This document shows, piece by piece, positions 51,076 to 64,000 of a stretch of 64,000 nucleotides of DNA (position 1 is the first letter of the stretch; every line of letters starts with the position of its first letter). This stretch comes from Lama guanicoe (taxonomy: Eukaryota): assembly GCA_013239625.1 (NCBI GenBank), contig MU053196.1, positions 124,001 through 188,000 of the forward strand, written 5' to 3'. The notes below the pieces were generated by a model, which saw nothing but the letters and a program-made list of their open reading frames with translations, was not told the DNA's origin and ran no database searches. The position numbers and the translations under genes are program-made.

Positions 51076-54000
51076 CTGCTCCTTAGGGAGGGAGTGGTCT
51101 GCATTCGGAGGTCCGCTCACTGCCTGCGTGCTTCTGGCTCACTGTGCTTGGTGGTTCGGAGTTTTACTTTTTGGCTCCTTTCTGAGAGGAGCAAAGATCA
51201 AATAATTTTGTGGAATAGTAGATTTTCTCACCCGCTTCAACAAAGCTGATTGTCTCTGTCATCTTAAGGGGATGAATTGCTTTCACATTTCTGGCCAGAT
51301 GAAACTAACAACACACAGAGGAAACCCATTCGTAGCCAGGAAAACGTGGTGAGAGGCGAGCTGTGTGAGCAGCCCCGAAATCCTGTGTAATCACGTGGGG
51401 TCTGAGGTTCAGCTCCAAGCTTGTCGCGTTGGGCTCACTTTAAGGAAGCAGCGTTTGGTGTTTTTCACGAGCGGCTGTTGACGCTGTCAGGCCTGTCTGG
51501 TGCTTCCAGGTACAAATCCACTTATGACTCAGCATCTCGGCGCCTGGTAAGTCGGGACAACAGCAGTTGATGCGGGCCCTGTCGGGCTTTCAGTGTCATT
51601 TCAGCATCATTCCAAGCTTGTGGCTGGAAGGAGGGAGAGCTGTCTCCCCGCAGCCTTCTGGGTTACCTTGAGGTGTTGAGTTTGGTGCTGGGGGTCTTGG
51701 GTGGGAGGCCATTTCCTCTATCCTGCCTTTCCTGAGGAACAAAGGATGGCTCTTCTGGGGGGTTCACAGAAGGTGCCCCGGCTCTGGAGTGGGTGGAGGT
51801 CAGAGATCAGGAGCCCAACAGTTGGGAGGATGTGGGGCCCTCTGTCCTCCTGAGCCCCTCTCTCCTCTTGCTTGAAAAAGGTGCTTAAAAGTACTGCCAT
51901 AATATCTGGCCTGCGGGACCTAAAAGGAGACTGAAATTCTTATTAACCCAGGAAGGACCAGGTGTACGCCTGTCACTGTGAACGTAGCACTGGTGTGGAT
52001 TTTCTCGGGTAAGGTGTGCAGTCCGGGCCTGAACCCGCAGAGCCAGCGGGCCGGAGCCTGAGGGCTGTCCCGCAGACGCGGCAGGTGTTTCAGGCTGGCT
52101 GGAAGGAAGGGCAGCTGGGATTCAGGCGCTGGGCGGGGTGGGGTTATACATGCCAAGTATATGTGCGATCTTTGAATGGAAGCTTGCTGGCAGTTGATTT
52201 TGCAATAGTAATAATCCTCTTTCTAGCATGTATTGCCCTCTGGGTTGCATCTTTCTAGAGCCTCACTGTGATGCCATGCAGTGAGCAATCGGGTGAGAAC
52301 TTGAGACCGCATCCCCGACTCCAGGCAGGTCAGCGTGGGCCCTGACGGAGAGCCGGGGCCAGGGAGTTTTTAAAGAAATTCTTCAAAGAATAAGGTTTTG
52401 AGGCATGCATACTTGCACTTTCTGGTATTAAAATATGCTTTAAATAAAGGGGAATTGATGCGCTGAAAGGGGAGCTCGGGCGGCCCTGAGTGAGTTCTTT
52501 GGGGCGGTTTGTGCCCGGTTCATTCAAGGAAGGGTCTGCCTGGCTGGGTCCACAGCTGTGCTGACCCAGAGGAGACCCCACTCTGCTCCCCTTCCTGGCC
52601 CTCGTGCCGCTGAGGCTGTTCTGCGGGGCTCCCGGGCCTTTTTGTGCTGGGAGAAGGGCAGTGCTGAAGCTCAAGTCGGGTGTGCTCAGTCTGGTGGCAG
52701 ACAGGCCGGCGGATTCCTGCATCGGCAGGGTCTGCCCGGAGGTCTCTTGGTGACTCTGAGAAGAGACGTGGTCGCAGAGACATCAGTTCCAAACCTTGCT
52801 GGGCAGGCTGCACTCGGACTGGAGCAGAACATCTTGAAATCCTCTACTTTCCTCCTTTGTCAGAAGAGTGACATTCTGTACGTTAGTTTTGACTTTGTAA
52901 AGGAACTTCTGTTTTGTTTTTGATTTGTTTTTTCATATGGCTCAAAAATTGGACCCAAAGGCAATTCTGAAAAGGGAGTTCTGAAATATTCGGGCAGTGG
53001 TGACATCTCTGGGCTAAGTGTGGTCTCCTGTGGTTATACTGCTTTGATAAATATTTCAGCCAGATTTCATTACTCAATAGACACATTAGCTCGGATGTGT
53101 GATTTTAATTCCTGGGTCATTATTCTGTGGTCTTGGTCCGCTGCTTGGGATGCGCAGGTGGGGCTCCTGTGGGTTTGGTGGATGTGGGTGCAGTGCTCAG
53201 TGGAGACGGACCAGCCTCTGTAGATGTGCCAGCTCCTCCTGGTGCTGAGCCACAGCTGGAGTACACTGGAGAGAATTGTTAGCAACTGCAATCACACTTG
53301 CCAGTTTGCTGTGTGAGATTTGCAGAATGTTAGTTGGGTGGCAAAATGCAAGTCACTTGATTGTGGATGCCTCTGATATAGACCTCGTGCTCTGAGGGGT
53401 GACAAGGACATACTCTGAGTGGGAGCTCACATGCCACATGGCTGCAGCCAGAGGGTGGTACTGGGGATGCTGCAGGACTGCGTTCTTCCCTGTGCGTGGG
53501 CGCTTCTGCTCCTGGTGCAAAGGGGAAGCGATCGAAGATATTTTGATTGTATTTGGTAAACTCTTGTCTCCCTCTCCAAGTGTTGCGTAATCAGGGGAGT
53601 CAGTGCATGGGTGGCTAGGTTAGGAGGTCTGTCCTTCACCTCAGGATAAGGGTTCACTTCCCATTTCGAATTCTGTCCAGTCGTGAACCTGTGACTCTCT
53701 CAGGACACTCGTTGATTATAACTGTTTCAGGATGTGTAATCGTGATTGTCCTTTGAACAATCTCTGGCTTTTAGATGTGGATCTGGACTTGGATAGCTGC
53801 TTCCTGGTCCAGGTTTTAGGGCTCCCTGCGTGTCCTGCTGAAGTCTAGAATGAGAGGCCATCAGTCACAAATGCATCAAGCAGTCCTTTCATCTTAGAGT
53901 GCAATAAGATAATCTTATTTTTCCACGGCCGTCCCCCTCAAGCCGTGTGTAAGTGAGGTGCTGTTACTTCACTGCGTGGCTCTTGCTCCTTCTCTGCTTG

Positions 54001-54984
54001 AAGGGCACTGCTGAACAGGTTCCACAGCTCTGGAGACTGACTGCCTCTGTCTTCCGAGACTGGAGCTGACGTTACCCAAGAGGTTCACAGGGCTCGTTCA
54101 CTTTAATGTTGGCATATTTGCCTCTTACTTTTCTTAAAATAAATCTAACGTCAGATTTTCTGGTTCTGACATCTTGTAGGAAGTCTGGAAGGAGCATAAC
54201 AAAGCTGGTTTTCAGAAGTGTGAGTTTCTTAACCGCGTGGTCTTAACTGAAGGAGGCGGGAGCGTGTTTTGCTCTGCATACGGCTCTCCAGTGCAGGTTG
54301 GGGCTGGTGCTGGGCTGTGGGTCTGAGAACCGGGCTGGTCAGCACAGGAGGGACGTGCTGGGGAGGTGGCCTGGTGCAGCTGTGGGAAGCAGAGGACATG
54401 AATGGGGGCTGGGGGGAGACAGGGAGGCCCCAGGGCGAGGCCCACATCCTCTGCTGTTTGGGTTTCTGCCTCCTGGAGAATGCTTTGGGCTGGATGGCAA
54501 GTGTGGTGTGGTTTTCCCAGGTGGCGGGGTTTGTCCGCTGGGGAGAGGTCCTGAGGACTTCTAGTGTGAGACCAGAAGGCTGTGGACAACGTTGTGAAAT
54601 GAGAGGGAGGAGGGTGTGTCGCTGGGTGAGCTGGGGCCGCCCCCTGCGAGGGGATAGTCTGCACAGAGGCCGGGTTTAGTTCAGCTGCAGTGGTAAGATT
54701 GGTGAAAAGAATGGATGTTTGATTCGGGATCTGGTATTCAAGGTCACGCTTAGTGAAGAACTTGGGGGGAACCCTCTGGGTGTGGGATCTGTGTTGCACT
54801 GTTACACTCAAGAAATGAAAAAAATGTTTAGGGGTGAACCCACTTAAATCATTTGATTTGAAGAAGTTTCTTTACCCAAGCACACTGCTACTGAAATAAG
54901 GAAATGGCCATGTGGGTTTCTTGAAATTGAGGTTTAGAAATTCAAACACATTCTAAAAGATCTACATTTTTTAGGTCCCTCCCC

Positions 54985-55665
54985 CTTGCTTTGTTTTGTT
55001 GATGTCATATTTATATCTTCATGTTACTCCCTTTACTGCTTATCTCAATTATAGTTGATTTTATAATTTTTGTCTTTTAATCTTCATACTGTCTCATTTA
55101 AGTGGTTAATCCACAGCCTTTATTCTATATTTGCCTTTCATAGTGGGATTTTCCCTTTCCCATAGATTCTTACTTCTTGTTATTATCTTTTCCACTTAAA
55201 GAAGACTCTTAACACTTAGGATCAGTTTAGTATTGATTAAATCTTTTTGTTTTTCCTGTCTGAGAAGTTCTTTATCTCTCCTTCAATTCTGAATTACAAC
55301 CTTGCTGGATAGAGTATCCTCGGTTGTAGGTTTTTCCCTTTCAGCAGTTTAAATATGTCATGCAACTCCCATCTGGTCTGCAAATTTTCTGCAGAAAAAT
55401 CATTGATAGCTTTATACGGGTTCCATTGTATGTGACTATTTTTCTCTTGCTGCCTTTAGAGTTCTCTAACTTTTGCCATTTTAATTGTGGTATATATTTG
55501 TGTAGGTATCTTTGGATTCATCTCTTTTGAGACTCTCGGTATTTCCTGTACCTGGATATCTGTTTCCTTCTTCAGTTTTAGAAGATTTTTTCAGCCATAA
55601 TTTCATCAAATACATTTTCAACCCCTTCCTCCCTCTTCTATTCTGGGACTCCTATCATGCAAATG
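54985..55665 (-). mobile_element. Old L1 internal fragment
   Basis: gtctgagaagttctttatctctccttcaattctga...cttgctggatagagtatcc...tatgtcatgcaactccc...ttcagccataatttc. Confidence 0.75.
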
Positions 55666-55719
55666 ATAGTTTGCTATAAATAATAACTATAAATAATTCA
55701 GGAACTACTTTAACAAAGC

Positions 55720-56700
55720 TACTCAAGAACTTCATGAAAAAATTTCAAACTCTATAACTGTATTAAAGGAGACTAGGATAGTTTGAAAGATATACTGTAC
55801 TAATGGATAAAATGACAGCTTTCATATGTGTGATCTCTCTCTCAATCTATGAATTCAATGAAATGTAATCAATACTAGGGCAAGTATTTTATTTTTTTTA
55901 GTAAATGACAAGTTGATTCTTAATTCTTATGACAGAATAAGGGCATGAATAGGTAAAACAAGAGTGTTGATCCTAGTACACATTAAGACAGGCTACAAAG
56001 CCATAGTAGTAAAAACAAGGTAGTATTTCCTTAGCACAGATAAATAGGCCAGTGGAATAGAATAGAGAACTCAGCAACAAATTTATATATAGATATATAA
56101 ACTTGCTATGTGATGGAAGAGGCACTCCAAGGATAATTGTTCACTAGATGTGATGGCAAACTTGGTGTTCTATATGGTAAAATGAAGCTGGGTCCCTCCT
56201 TGGTATTATGCAGAAAGGTGATTTCTGGGTTAATAAACTGTGATTTGAAAAAATGACACAGTTAATGTTTAAAATGAAAGAGATGCCTTGTGACATAGAG
56301 GTTGGAAAAGATTAGGCAAGACTGCAATAGTGTCAAATATGAACTTATAATTTATGATTAGACTATATTAAGTCAAAGATTTCTAGTCAATGAAGAAAGC
56401 TATAAACTGTTAAAAGATGAGTGACAAATATCTAAATTCCATAAATACCATAAGAGATTAATATTTAGAATAAACAAGGAATTCTTGGAAAATCTACACA
56501 AGAATTTCAGGAAGCCTAATAGAAGTATGAATAGGCAGTTTGTACACATGAAAGAATGCTAAATAGCTAACAATTACATGAAGAAAATGCTCAGTTATAT
56601 TTGAAATTGGAAAAATATAAAATAAAGCATTGTGATACTACACATTCATCAGCACGGCAAAATTTTGAAAGTCAGCTAATATTAAAGTGTTTGTGATTAT
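55720..56700 (+). mobile_element. Highly decayed L1 ORF2 fragment
   Basis: gctacaaagccatagtagtaaaaaca...agtggaatagaatagagaactcag...ctcagttatat, A-rich and L1-like. Confidence 0.65.
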
Positions 56701-57829
56701 GTGGGTGTATCAGTTATACAAGTAGGTCTATCTATTCCTCTTAACAAAATAAAATAATTCGTATGTAACTTATTTCTACTTCAGATTCTCATCAAGAGTC
56801 CGATGTTTGTGTGCCTATCTCTGGCCAGAGCTTCAGAATCTTTAGTTATCATTGGAACATCTGCACTTTTGCCCATATATGCAGAAAGTCAGTTTATGTT
56901 ACCACTCAGTGAAGCAACTACACTTTTAAGTAGGTGTTTCTGCTCATCGTACTCCTAGTGAAATTTTTATGTAAAGTTTTCTCTTATGTATTTACGGAAA
57001 TATTTCAAATAGGCAGGAAGTAGGAGTGGTGGTATTTGCTCAAATTTTAAATACCTAAATGTTGTTCACTCAAATTTTAAAAATATGAGCACTTTGCCAT
57101 CATTGCATCAATAGTTTAAAATACGTAAAACCTTTAAGATGTCTGCACCTGTCCCTTATCCCGTTTCTCTTCCTCTCTCCCCATGGGTAACAACTCTTCT
57201 AAAGCTAGAGTGCATTCTTTATATATTTTTACTTATGTGCCTATGTACATACGATTTCTAAAATTCATCATTTTGTGTACTCTTGCATTACTTTCGTGTG
57301 AAATTATGTTCATCAGATTCATGTTGCTCTCTATTTAGTGCATTTTAACAGTGCTGTGGAACTCTATGAATATACTACTGTTTATCCATTATAATATTAA
57401 TGGACATGAAGTTGCCTCTAACTTTCTCACCTTTCCAGACAATGCAGTAACAAATAGATTTGCACATATCTACTTGTACACGTTTGTAGAATTGATCTGT
57501 GTTTGGACATTGAAGGGGAATTGCTTTTGTGTACATTAGTTTTACTACATATTGAGAAATAGGCGCTCCAAAAGAAGTTACAAATGAAATTAATTGTTTT
57601 AAAATTCTAGCATTAATGGGAAGGTGGTAGATGTGATCATTTATTATTATGCTGTAAAAAGTCAAGGATGTGTGTGGTAACTTTGAGCTAACCAGTGAAA
57701 GAATAGTAAAAAGAGTAGTGAAAGAGTGTGTTAATTTGAAATTTTGATTAATAATTTTAAAAAACGAGAGAAGGAACATAAAATATGTGGGCCAAATAAA
57801 CAAATGTTAAGATGTGCAAAAACATTTAC

Positions 57830-59400
57830 TATCAGCCTTTTATTGAATAGATTTTGTGATAGAGGGCACACCATTGTGAGACTGGAAATAGTCCAAAAGC
57901 CAAAAACATGAGTTTCAAGGGCCATAATGACAGATTTTTTCCATGAGCACTGTTTTACCACTGTTTACCACACTGTTTACCACTCTGATAAATCTGATTA
58001 ACAGATACAGGGGCTAAATTCATTTAACTTGTTTCATATAGTATTTAATTGTGGCTAATATCAATAAGACTCTAAACAACAAGATAAAGCCACCTGCAGT
58101 ATTGGCTTCAATCCTGCTGGCTAAGTCCTGGACCCAGCCAGCTGAACAAATTTCTTGGCCCTCAGGGTCTACCTTAAGAATAATGTCATTCTCCTTAAGT
58201 TTCTGTATTGACCTTTCCTCTTAGCCTGAGATAGTTAATCCAAGTATAAAAGAATGCATTAGCAATTGCATATATTTATCCCTGACCTGCAAGGGTGAAG
58301 TTTTGGGCGGTTCTGTCGTCCACAGCAATGCTGATCAGTGACTGAGGCTGACCAGAATGCTTTCCACAGATGAGCTGGTGTCATTTATTATTTCAGGTAA
58401 AATCAGGGACAAATTTTGTACCACATTTTCTAATTGGGTTACTCTCAGAGTAATAGATACCTGCCCTCAGGGTGCATATAAATAATGTGTCAGTAATCCC
58501 TCTGGAAATCTCCCCTTAGTAACCAAGAGTAACTTCACTCAAGAGATTTCTAGTCTTCTGAGGGCTGTGTGATCCACTGATGGTGTTTCTTTAAAGATCT
58601 GAAGATCTCTTAAGACCATCCCTGTGGCTTTAATAGATCACTTCCAGTTGATAAGTAAGGCTTGCCAAATGGTTAGTTGTGAATCTATTTTGGTTCATCT
58701 TAAATGAGAATAGCAGTCCACAAAATCACGAAGTCTCTGCAGGACAGGGCTTTGCTTCTGACAAGAGGTCAGTAGTAAGCTAAGAGTTGCTCTTCAGATA
58801 TAGCTGTTTCCGGGAGGCAGTGAGTCCTGTACAACGGAGGATGCTTCTGAGCAGAGGTTGCCTTCCTTTTCCAAAGACTCTGGCACAAAAAATCATCAGT
58901 CATGGAGGCTTGTAGCTCAAATAGGTCATTAGGTTTGTGGTACCTCAGAGTAGGGAGCACACCACAGCATGCTGATTAACTTCCAGTGTAGGTCTGTGGG
59001 TTATACTCCCTGTAGGTTACCTGATACAAAAGACCAAAGAGAATGCCCAAATGTGTCATCTGCTGTTTCCAATATTCAAGAAGCCAAAGAGATGCTAGGC
59101 TGGATTTCGGATGAGGGGAAGGGAGAAAATTTTCCCTTAACTTCCAGAGTGATAGACCATTATGAATCTGTCTGCACAGTCCTCCCAAAACTTGACAAGC
59201 AGTCTTTTTTTGTTAGGCTTCATCAGTCAACTTTGCTAATGATGGTGTGATAACACCAAAGTCAGAGCCACTGAGTCTTAGGCTTCTGATCCAATGGCTA
59301 ACTGAATATTATCTATCATTGAAAGCTTTGGGCATCATAAGGTAGTGGTAGTCACAATAAATCCTGACCTGCTCCCTTGTAGTAAATGAAAGAGGAATTT
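57830..59400 (-). mobile_element. Decayed ERVL/class III-like endogenous retrovirus internal (pol) region; boundaries approximate
   Basis: Minus-strand peptide LPTLRYHKPNDLFELQAS...SLWKR...EEQLLAYY resembles the ERVL pol connection/RNase H segment (...SLWQ...EKQLLACYWAL). Confidence 0.6.
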
Positions 59401-59879
59401 AGGTACCCCTGAGGGAATGCTGAAGAAGTATATATGTAGGTCTATTTCTACATGCTGTTCTGTTCCATTAGTTTATTTTTGTATCCTTGCACCAACATTA
59501 TACTGTCTTAATTGCTATATATTTATTGTGAACATTTGTATCAATCTTTGTGGTAAGTCCATCTTTGAGATTATCTTTGTCATTCTTAGCCCTTTGTATT
59601 TCCAGGTGATTAAAATTGCCTAGTCATTATCCATAAAAGATATTCAGAGATTTTGATCGGAATGCCTTTCAGTTGATTTGGGAGCATTGCTATACTTACC
59701 ACATTGTCTCTTGATTAATTAGTGAAGTATAATTCCTTCATTGATTTAAATCTTTGTTTCTTCCAATAATGTTTCATAATTTTTGTTTTCAGAGTGGAGG
59801 TCTTATACCTCCTTCATTAGTTTCATTCCTAGATAACTGATGCTTTTGATGTTTAGTATAGCATTGTATAATATAGCAT

Positions 59880-61400
59880 CCTTTCATGTGCCTATTGGCC
59901 ATCTCTGTCTTCTTTGGAGAAACATATGTTTAGGTCTTCTGCCCGTTTTTGATTGGGTTGTTTTTTGTTATTGTTGTTATTGAGTTGCATGAGCTACTTG
60001 TATATTGTAGAAATTAAGCACTTACCAGGTGCATCATTTGCACATATTTTCTTCTATTCAGTAGGTTACCTTTTCATTTTGTTTATAGTTTCATTCACTC
60101 ACTGTGCAAAAACTCATAAGTTTAACTATTTTTTTCTTTTTGCTTTTATTTCGATTGCTTTGGTAGACTGACCTAGGAGAACATTGCTAAGATTTATGTC
60201 AGAGAATGTATTGCCTGTATTCTCTTATGAGATTTATGGTGTCTTGTCTTATGTTGAAGTCTTTAAGCCATTTTAAGTTTATTTTTGAATATGGTGTGAG
60301 GGAGTGTCGTAACTTCATTGATATACATGCAGCTGTCCAGCTTTCCCAACAGCACTGGCAAAGAGACCATCTTCTCTTCACTGTATTTTGCCTTTGTTGA
60401 AGATGAATTGATCATAGGAGTGTAGGTTTATTTCTAGGGTCTCTGTTCTGTTCCATTGATCCATATGTCTGTTTTGTGCTAATAACACACTGCTTTGATT
60501 ACTGTAGCTTTGTAGTATTTAGTATTGTCTGAAGTCTGGGAGGGTTATGCCTCCAGTTTCATTCTTTTTCTGCAGTACTGCTTTGGCATTTATGGGTCTT
60601 TTGTGATTCCATATAAATTTTAGATTATTTGTTCTAGTTCTGTGAAAAATGTTGTAGGTAATTTGATAGAGAGCCCATTAAATGTATAGCTTGCTTTGAG
60701 TACTATGGCCATTTTAACAATATTAATTCTTCCAGTCCAAGAGCATGGGCTATCTTTCCATTTCTTTAAATCATCTTTAATTGCCTTTATCAATGTTTTG
60801 TAGCCCTCAGCATATAAATCTTTAACCTCCTTGGTAAGGGTTATTCCTAAGTTTTTCAGTTTTTTGGATATCATTTTCAGAGATTTTTTTAACTTCTATT
60901 TTTTGATATTTCATTGTTAGTGTAAAGAAATACAACATAGTTTTGTATGTTAATCTTGCTACCTAGCTGAATTCTTTTATTAGCTCTAGTAGTTTTTGTG
61001 TGAAGTCTTTAGGGTTTTCTATATATAGTATCATGCCATTCTCATATAGTGACAATTTTACCTCTTCCTTTCCAATTTGGACCCCTTTGATTTCTTTTTC
61101 TTGTCTGAATCCCATGGCTAGGACTTCCAATATTATGTTGAATAGAAGTGGTGAGAGTGGGCATCCTTGTTTTGTTCCAGATTTCAGTGGGAAGGCTTTT
61201 AGCTTTTCTCCAGTAAGTATGATGTTAGGTGTGGGTTTGTCATAAACAGCTTTTATGATGTTGAGATATGTTCCCTCTATGCCTACTTTGGTAAGAGTTT
61301 TTAATCATGAATCGATGTTGAATTTTATCAAATGCTTTTTCTGCATCTGTTGAGATAATTATGTGGGGTTTGTCTTTTGTTTTGTTGGTGTGGTGTATTT
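59880..61400 (-). mobile_element. L1 ORF2 fragment (RT C-terminal region), disrupted
   Basis: Minus-strand peptide [49 protein letters not shown] and CWESWTAAC...[14 protein letters not shown] are typical L1 ORF2. Confidence 0.95.
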
Positions 61401-61599
61401 TCTCAAGTGACAATGTCTGGGTGCTTTAGAATTGAAGAGAACTATTCCACAAAACCTCAAGTGTTGATCAGGATGAAGGAGAACACATCTATACTTGGTG
61501 GCAACAGTTTACTTTAAAAAGGAAGATTTATCAGTGGATTAAGTCCTAGAATTCATATGATAATACATCTTAGGGACTCTAAAGTCACATTGCAAAAGT

Positions 61600-61760
61600 T
61601 TTCATTTCAGCCTTGCTACTCATCTGTATGATCTCAAACAAATCACTCAACCTCAGAAGCCACAAAGTCTTCACTGTAGAAGGGAAATACTACTACCAGC
61701 CTCCTAATATGGGTTTGAAAATTAAAAGAGATAATGCTTATAAGGTGCTCAGTTTAGTGG
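61600..61760 (+). mobile_element. MIR fragment
   Basis: aaatcactcaacctc...ctgtagaaggg...aaattaaaagagataatgcttataaggtgctcag. Confidence 0.6.
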
Positions 61761-64000
61761 ATACGCCAAAAACTTTTCATTTTCTTCTTAGCCCTGGCTG
61801 CATGAAGAAGACTGTCACACTAAGGACACGGTATACCACAGCAGCCCTATGCTGTTATAACACTATTTTGTTCTAACTTGGGGGAGGCAGGAGAACACAG
61901 GTATGAAAGAATTTCAAGGTAACAATTTTACTTAAATCCATCAACATCAACACCCTTTTACTGAGGCAGTAACAAAAGTGTTAGGAATATATTTATCAAA
62001 GAAATACTATTACTCAGAGCTTCCTAACTAATGCGCTGTGACACCACGGGCATGTCTATGCTGAGACACAGGTCTCTTGGCCCTCAGAGTTTGTGGGGAA
62101 GGGCTGGGGTGAATCAAGCTCTCAATGACTTAGAGCTTTTCCTGATTACTCCAGATAGAAATATCATTTTCTATCTATGCAATGTCATGAAAAGGGTAGG
62201 GAAGTTACGGCTGTAACTAACCACAAAATATATACAGTATATTTAAATCTGTATGTGGAGAGTTCTGTTGCTTACATGATGCTATTATCCAGAGAGTGTC
62301 TTATAATCACAAGATTACTAGGACAATGATTAGCAAGAGAAGCAAAGGGAGGCCAGGGATGCCAGGTCTGAAAAGTCATAAAGGCTTCTGAACAGATTAA
62401 AAGAAAATATATGTGTGTCTCTCCACATTGTCTTCCTTAGCACCATTCATTAAATAGTTTCTCCAGTGAGAGAACAGGTTGTATCACCATTCAGTCAAGT
62501 AAAACTTTAAATATATAGGCAAATTCATCAAAGTTACAAAACATTTTAAAATGGAGTTCAAAGGATCACAGTAACATCTATCATGTTAGAACTCAAAATA
62601 AAAAGAATGAGAATTACAAAGGTCATTACCCACTGTTTTAGCAGCACTATGAACAAAGGAAAATGAGAAATCAAAGTCTGAGCACAAATTCTGAATTCTG
62701 CATGAACTAAACCACCACACATTCAGTCACAGATGAAGCAATCATACACAAAGGAGAAAACAGTGACCATATTTTCTGACGCCATCATTTACTGACTCAT
62801 TCTCAAAGAGGTTAATTTCAACTCAGACGCATACATAGTTAACCTTGATCTCCACATAATTATTTTCTTGAGAGCAAGAAGACAAATTATACATGAAATA
62901 CTCAATATATGAACACCTCCTTCTAAATTGTAAAGTTAAATCAAAGCCTTAACGTTGACTATCATATCATACCAGTCTTCACAAAAATCTTCTCGCCCCT
63001 TACAGAAAACAAACCAGCGCAATTACTTTAAGAGGCTTCTCAGGGAACAAGCTTCCCTAGTGACTGTGAGTTTCAAATCCCTATCGAACTACTAGTCATC
63101 ACTCACTTCTTTTCTTGCCCACACTATGTAAACAAAAGTGGGTACATTTTCAAACTATTTACCGCATTTCCCTCTATAACTCAGCGTTGCCTTCTGTAAG
63201 CTGCCTTACATGGTCTCTCTTGAATATTACTGTGACTCTTTTGCATTAAGATTCTTCCACTTTCAGATCTTTTTAAAGCAGATCAGATTAAGCCCATAGT
63301 TAACAAAAAACTAACAAATCCACTAGAAACATTTTCATCATTTTTTTCTATAATCCAGTTAGAAAAAATTCTCAATGTTCCAATTTTAAATTAGTTGCAG
63401 TCATAGAAGGAACTTATTATTAAAAGCAGAATTAAGTGATTGAGAAAAACCTCTCCCTTTGTTAATCTCTTCCTTTCGCCAATGAAGACATCATTCTTCC
63501 AGTCTATCCTATTTATTATATACCTACTAAAGCAAAACTATTACCAATGTCTTACGCATTTCTCAAGATCCATTTCAAGTGTTACTTCCTCTGCAAAATA
63601 CCTCTATAGATTGAATTTGAAATCATTTCTCTATAATTGCAGAGCATGATTATCTCTGTTACATCTTATATCATGGTCACCACATCCTCTGTATAATTTG
63701 TAGACAGCACCACTCAAACTGTACTTTGTGTGAATGGCAGTCCATAGATGTATGACCAACAGGTATGACCATTCCCGTTGGAGCCCTGTCTTTTCTGGAC
63801 CTGCAGTGTTTTTTAAATAACTCTTTCTAGAAGACCACTCCCAAGATAGGCAGTCATGTTCATACTACCATCACAATTAATACAGTACTTCACCAAGAAC
63901 TGTTTAGTGGAACACTCTCCCTCCTGCCACTGAAACATCCAGAAGATTTAACTTAATTCATAATTTCACTTGTACTAGCCGTGTCTAGCAATTTAACACC

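Noticed and set aside
59880..61400. Active L1 or domesticated reverse transcriptase
   Set aside because: It is truncated, with multiple stops and frameshifts; only short peptide pieces remain.
1..64000. Most ORFs in the six-frame track (e.g. 27533-28015, 37771-38211, 39786-40325, 43190-43696, 54212-54811) as genes
   Set aside because: They are low-complexity Pro/Arg/Gly/Ala-rich translations of GC-rich non-coding DNA, many with non-ATG starts. The real coding sequence is the spliced CREM exon set.

Overview
This is mammalian genomic DNA, not prokaryotic. It is most likely from a camelid, because it carries at least eight copies of a tRNA-derived SINE matching my recollection of the camelid Vic-1 family. 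Positions 1-~41,000 hold most of the CREM gene (cAMP-responsive element modulator) on the + strand. The coding exons are B, C (Q1), E and F (KID with RRPSY), G (Q2), gamma, H and the two alternative bZIP exons Ia and Ib. The alternative leader exons theta2 (MWWHRHNL...) and ICER (MAVTGDDT) are also present with their CRE-containing promoters. All exons have canonical AG/GT borders and compatible phases. B-C-E-F-G-gamma-H-Ib gives 343 aa and ICER-gamma-H-Ia gives 120 aa. Upstream CREM exons lie outside the window. The rest is intronic or intergenic, with SINEs, L1/L2 fragments, MIRs, DNA-transposon fossils and an ERVL-like pol remnant, and it switches from GC/CpG-rich to AT-rich near 54.8 kb. 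I found no wholly new biological system. The most notable observations are: (1) the gamma exon is an exonised antisense MIR with a frame-preserving deletion and an adjacent micro-inversion; (2) exon B appears to have lost the optimal-Kozak ATG; (3) the ICER promoter and an L1 fossil show strong AT-to-GC remodelling; (4) there are two additional CRE-associated candidate leader exons. Comparisons with human or mouse sequences and with repeat consensuses are from memory and need alignment checks.
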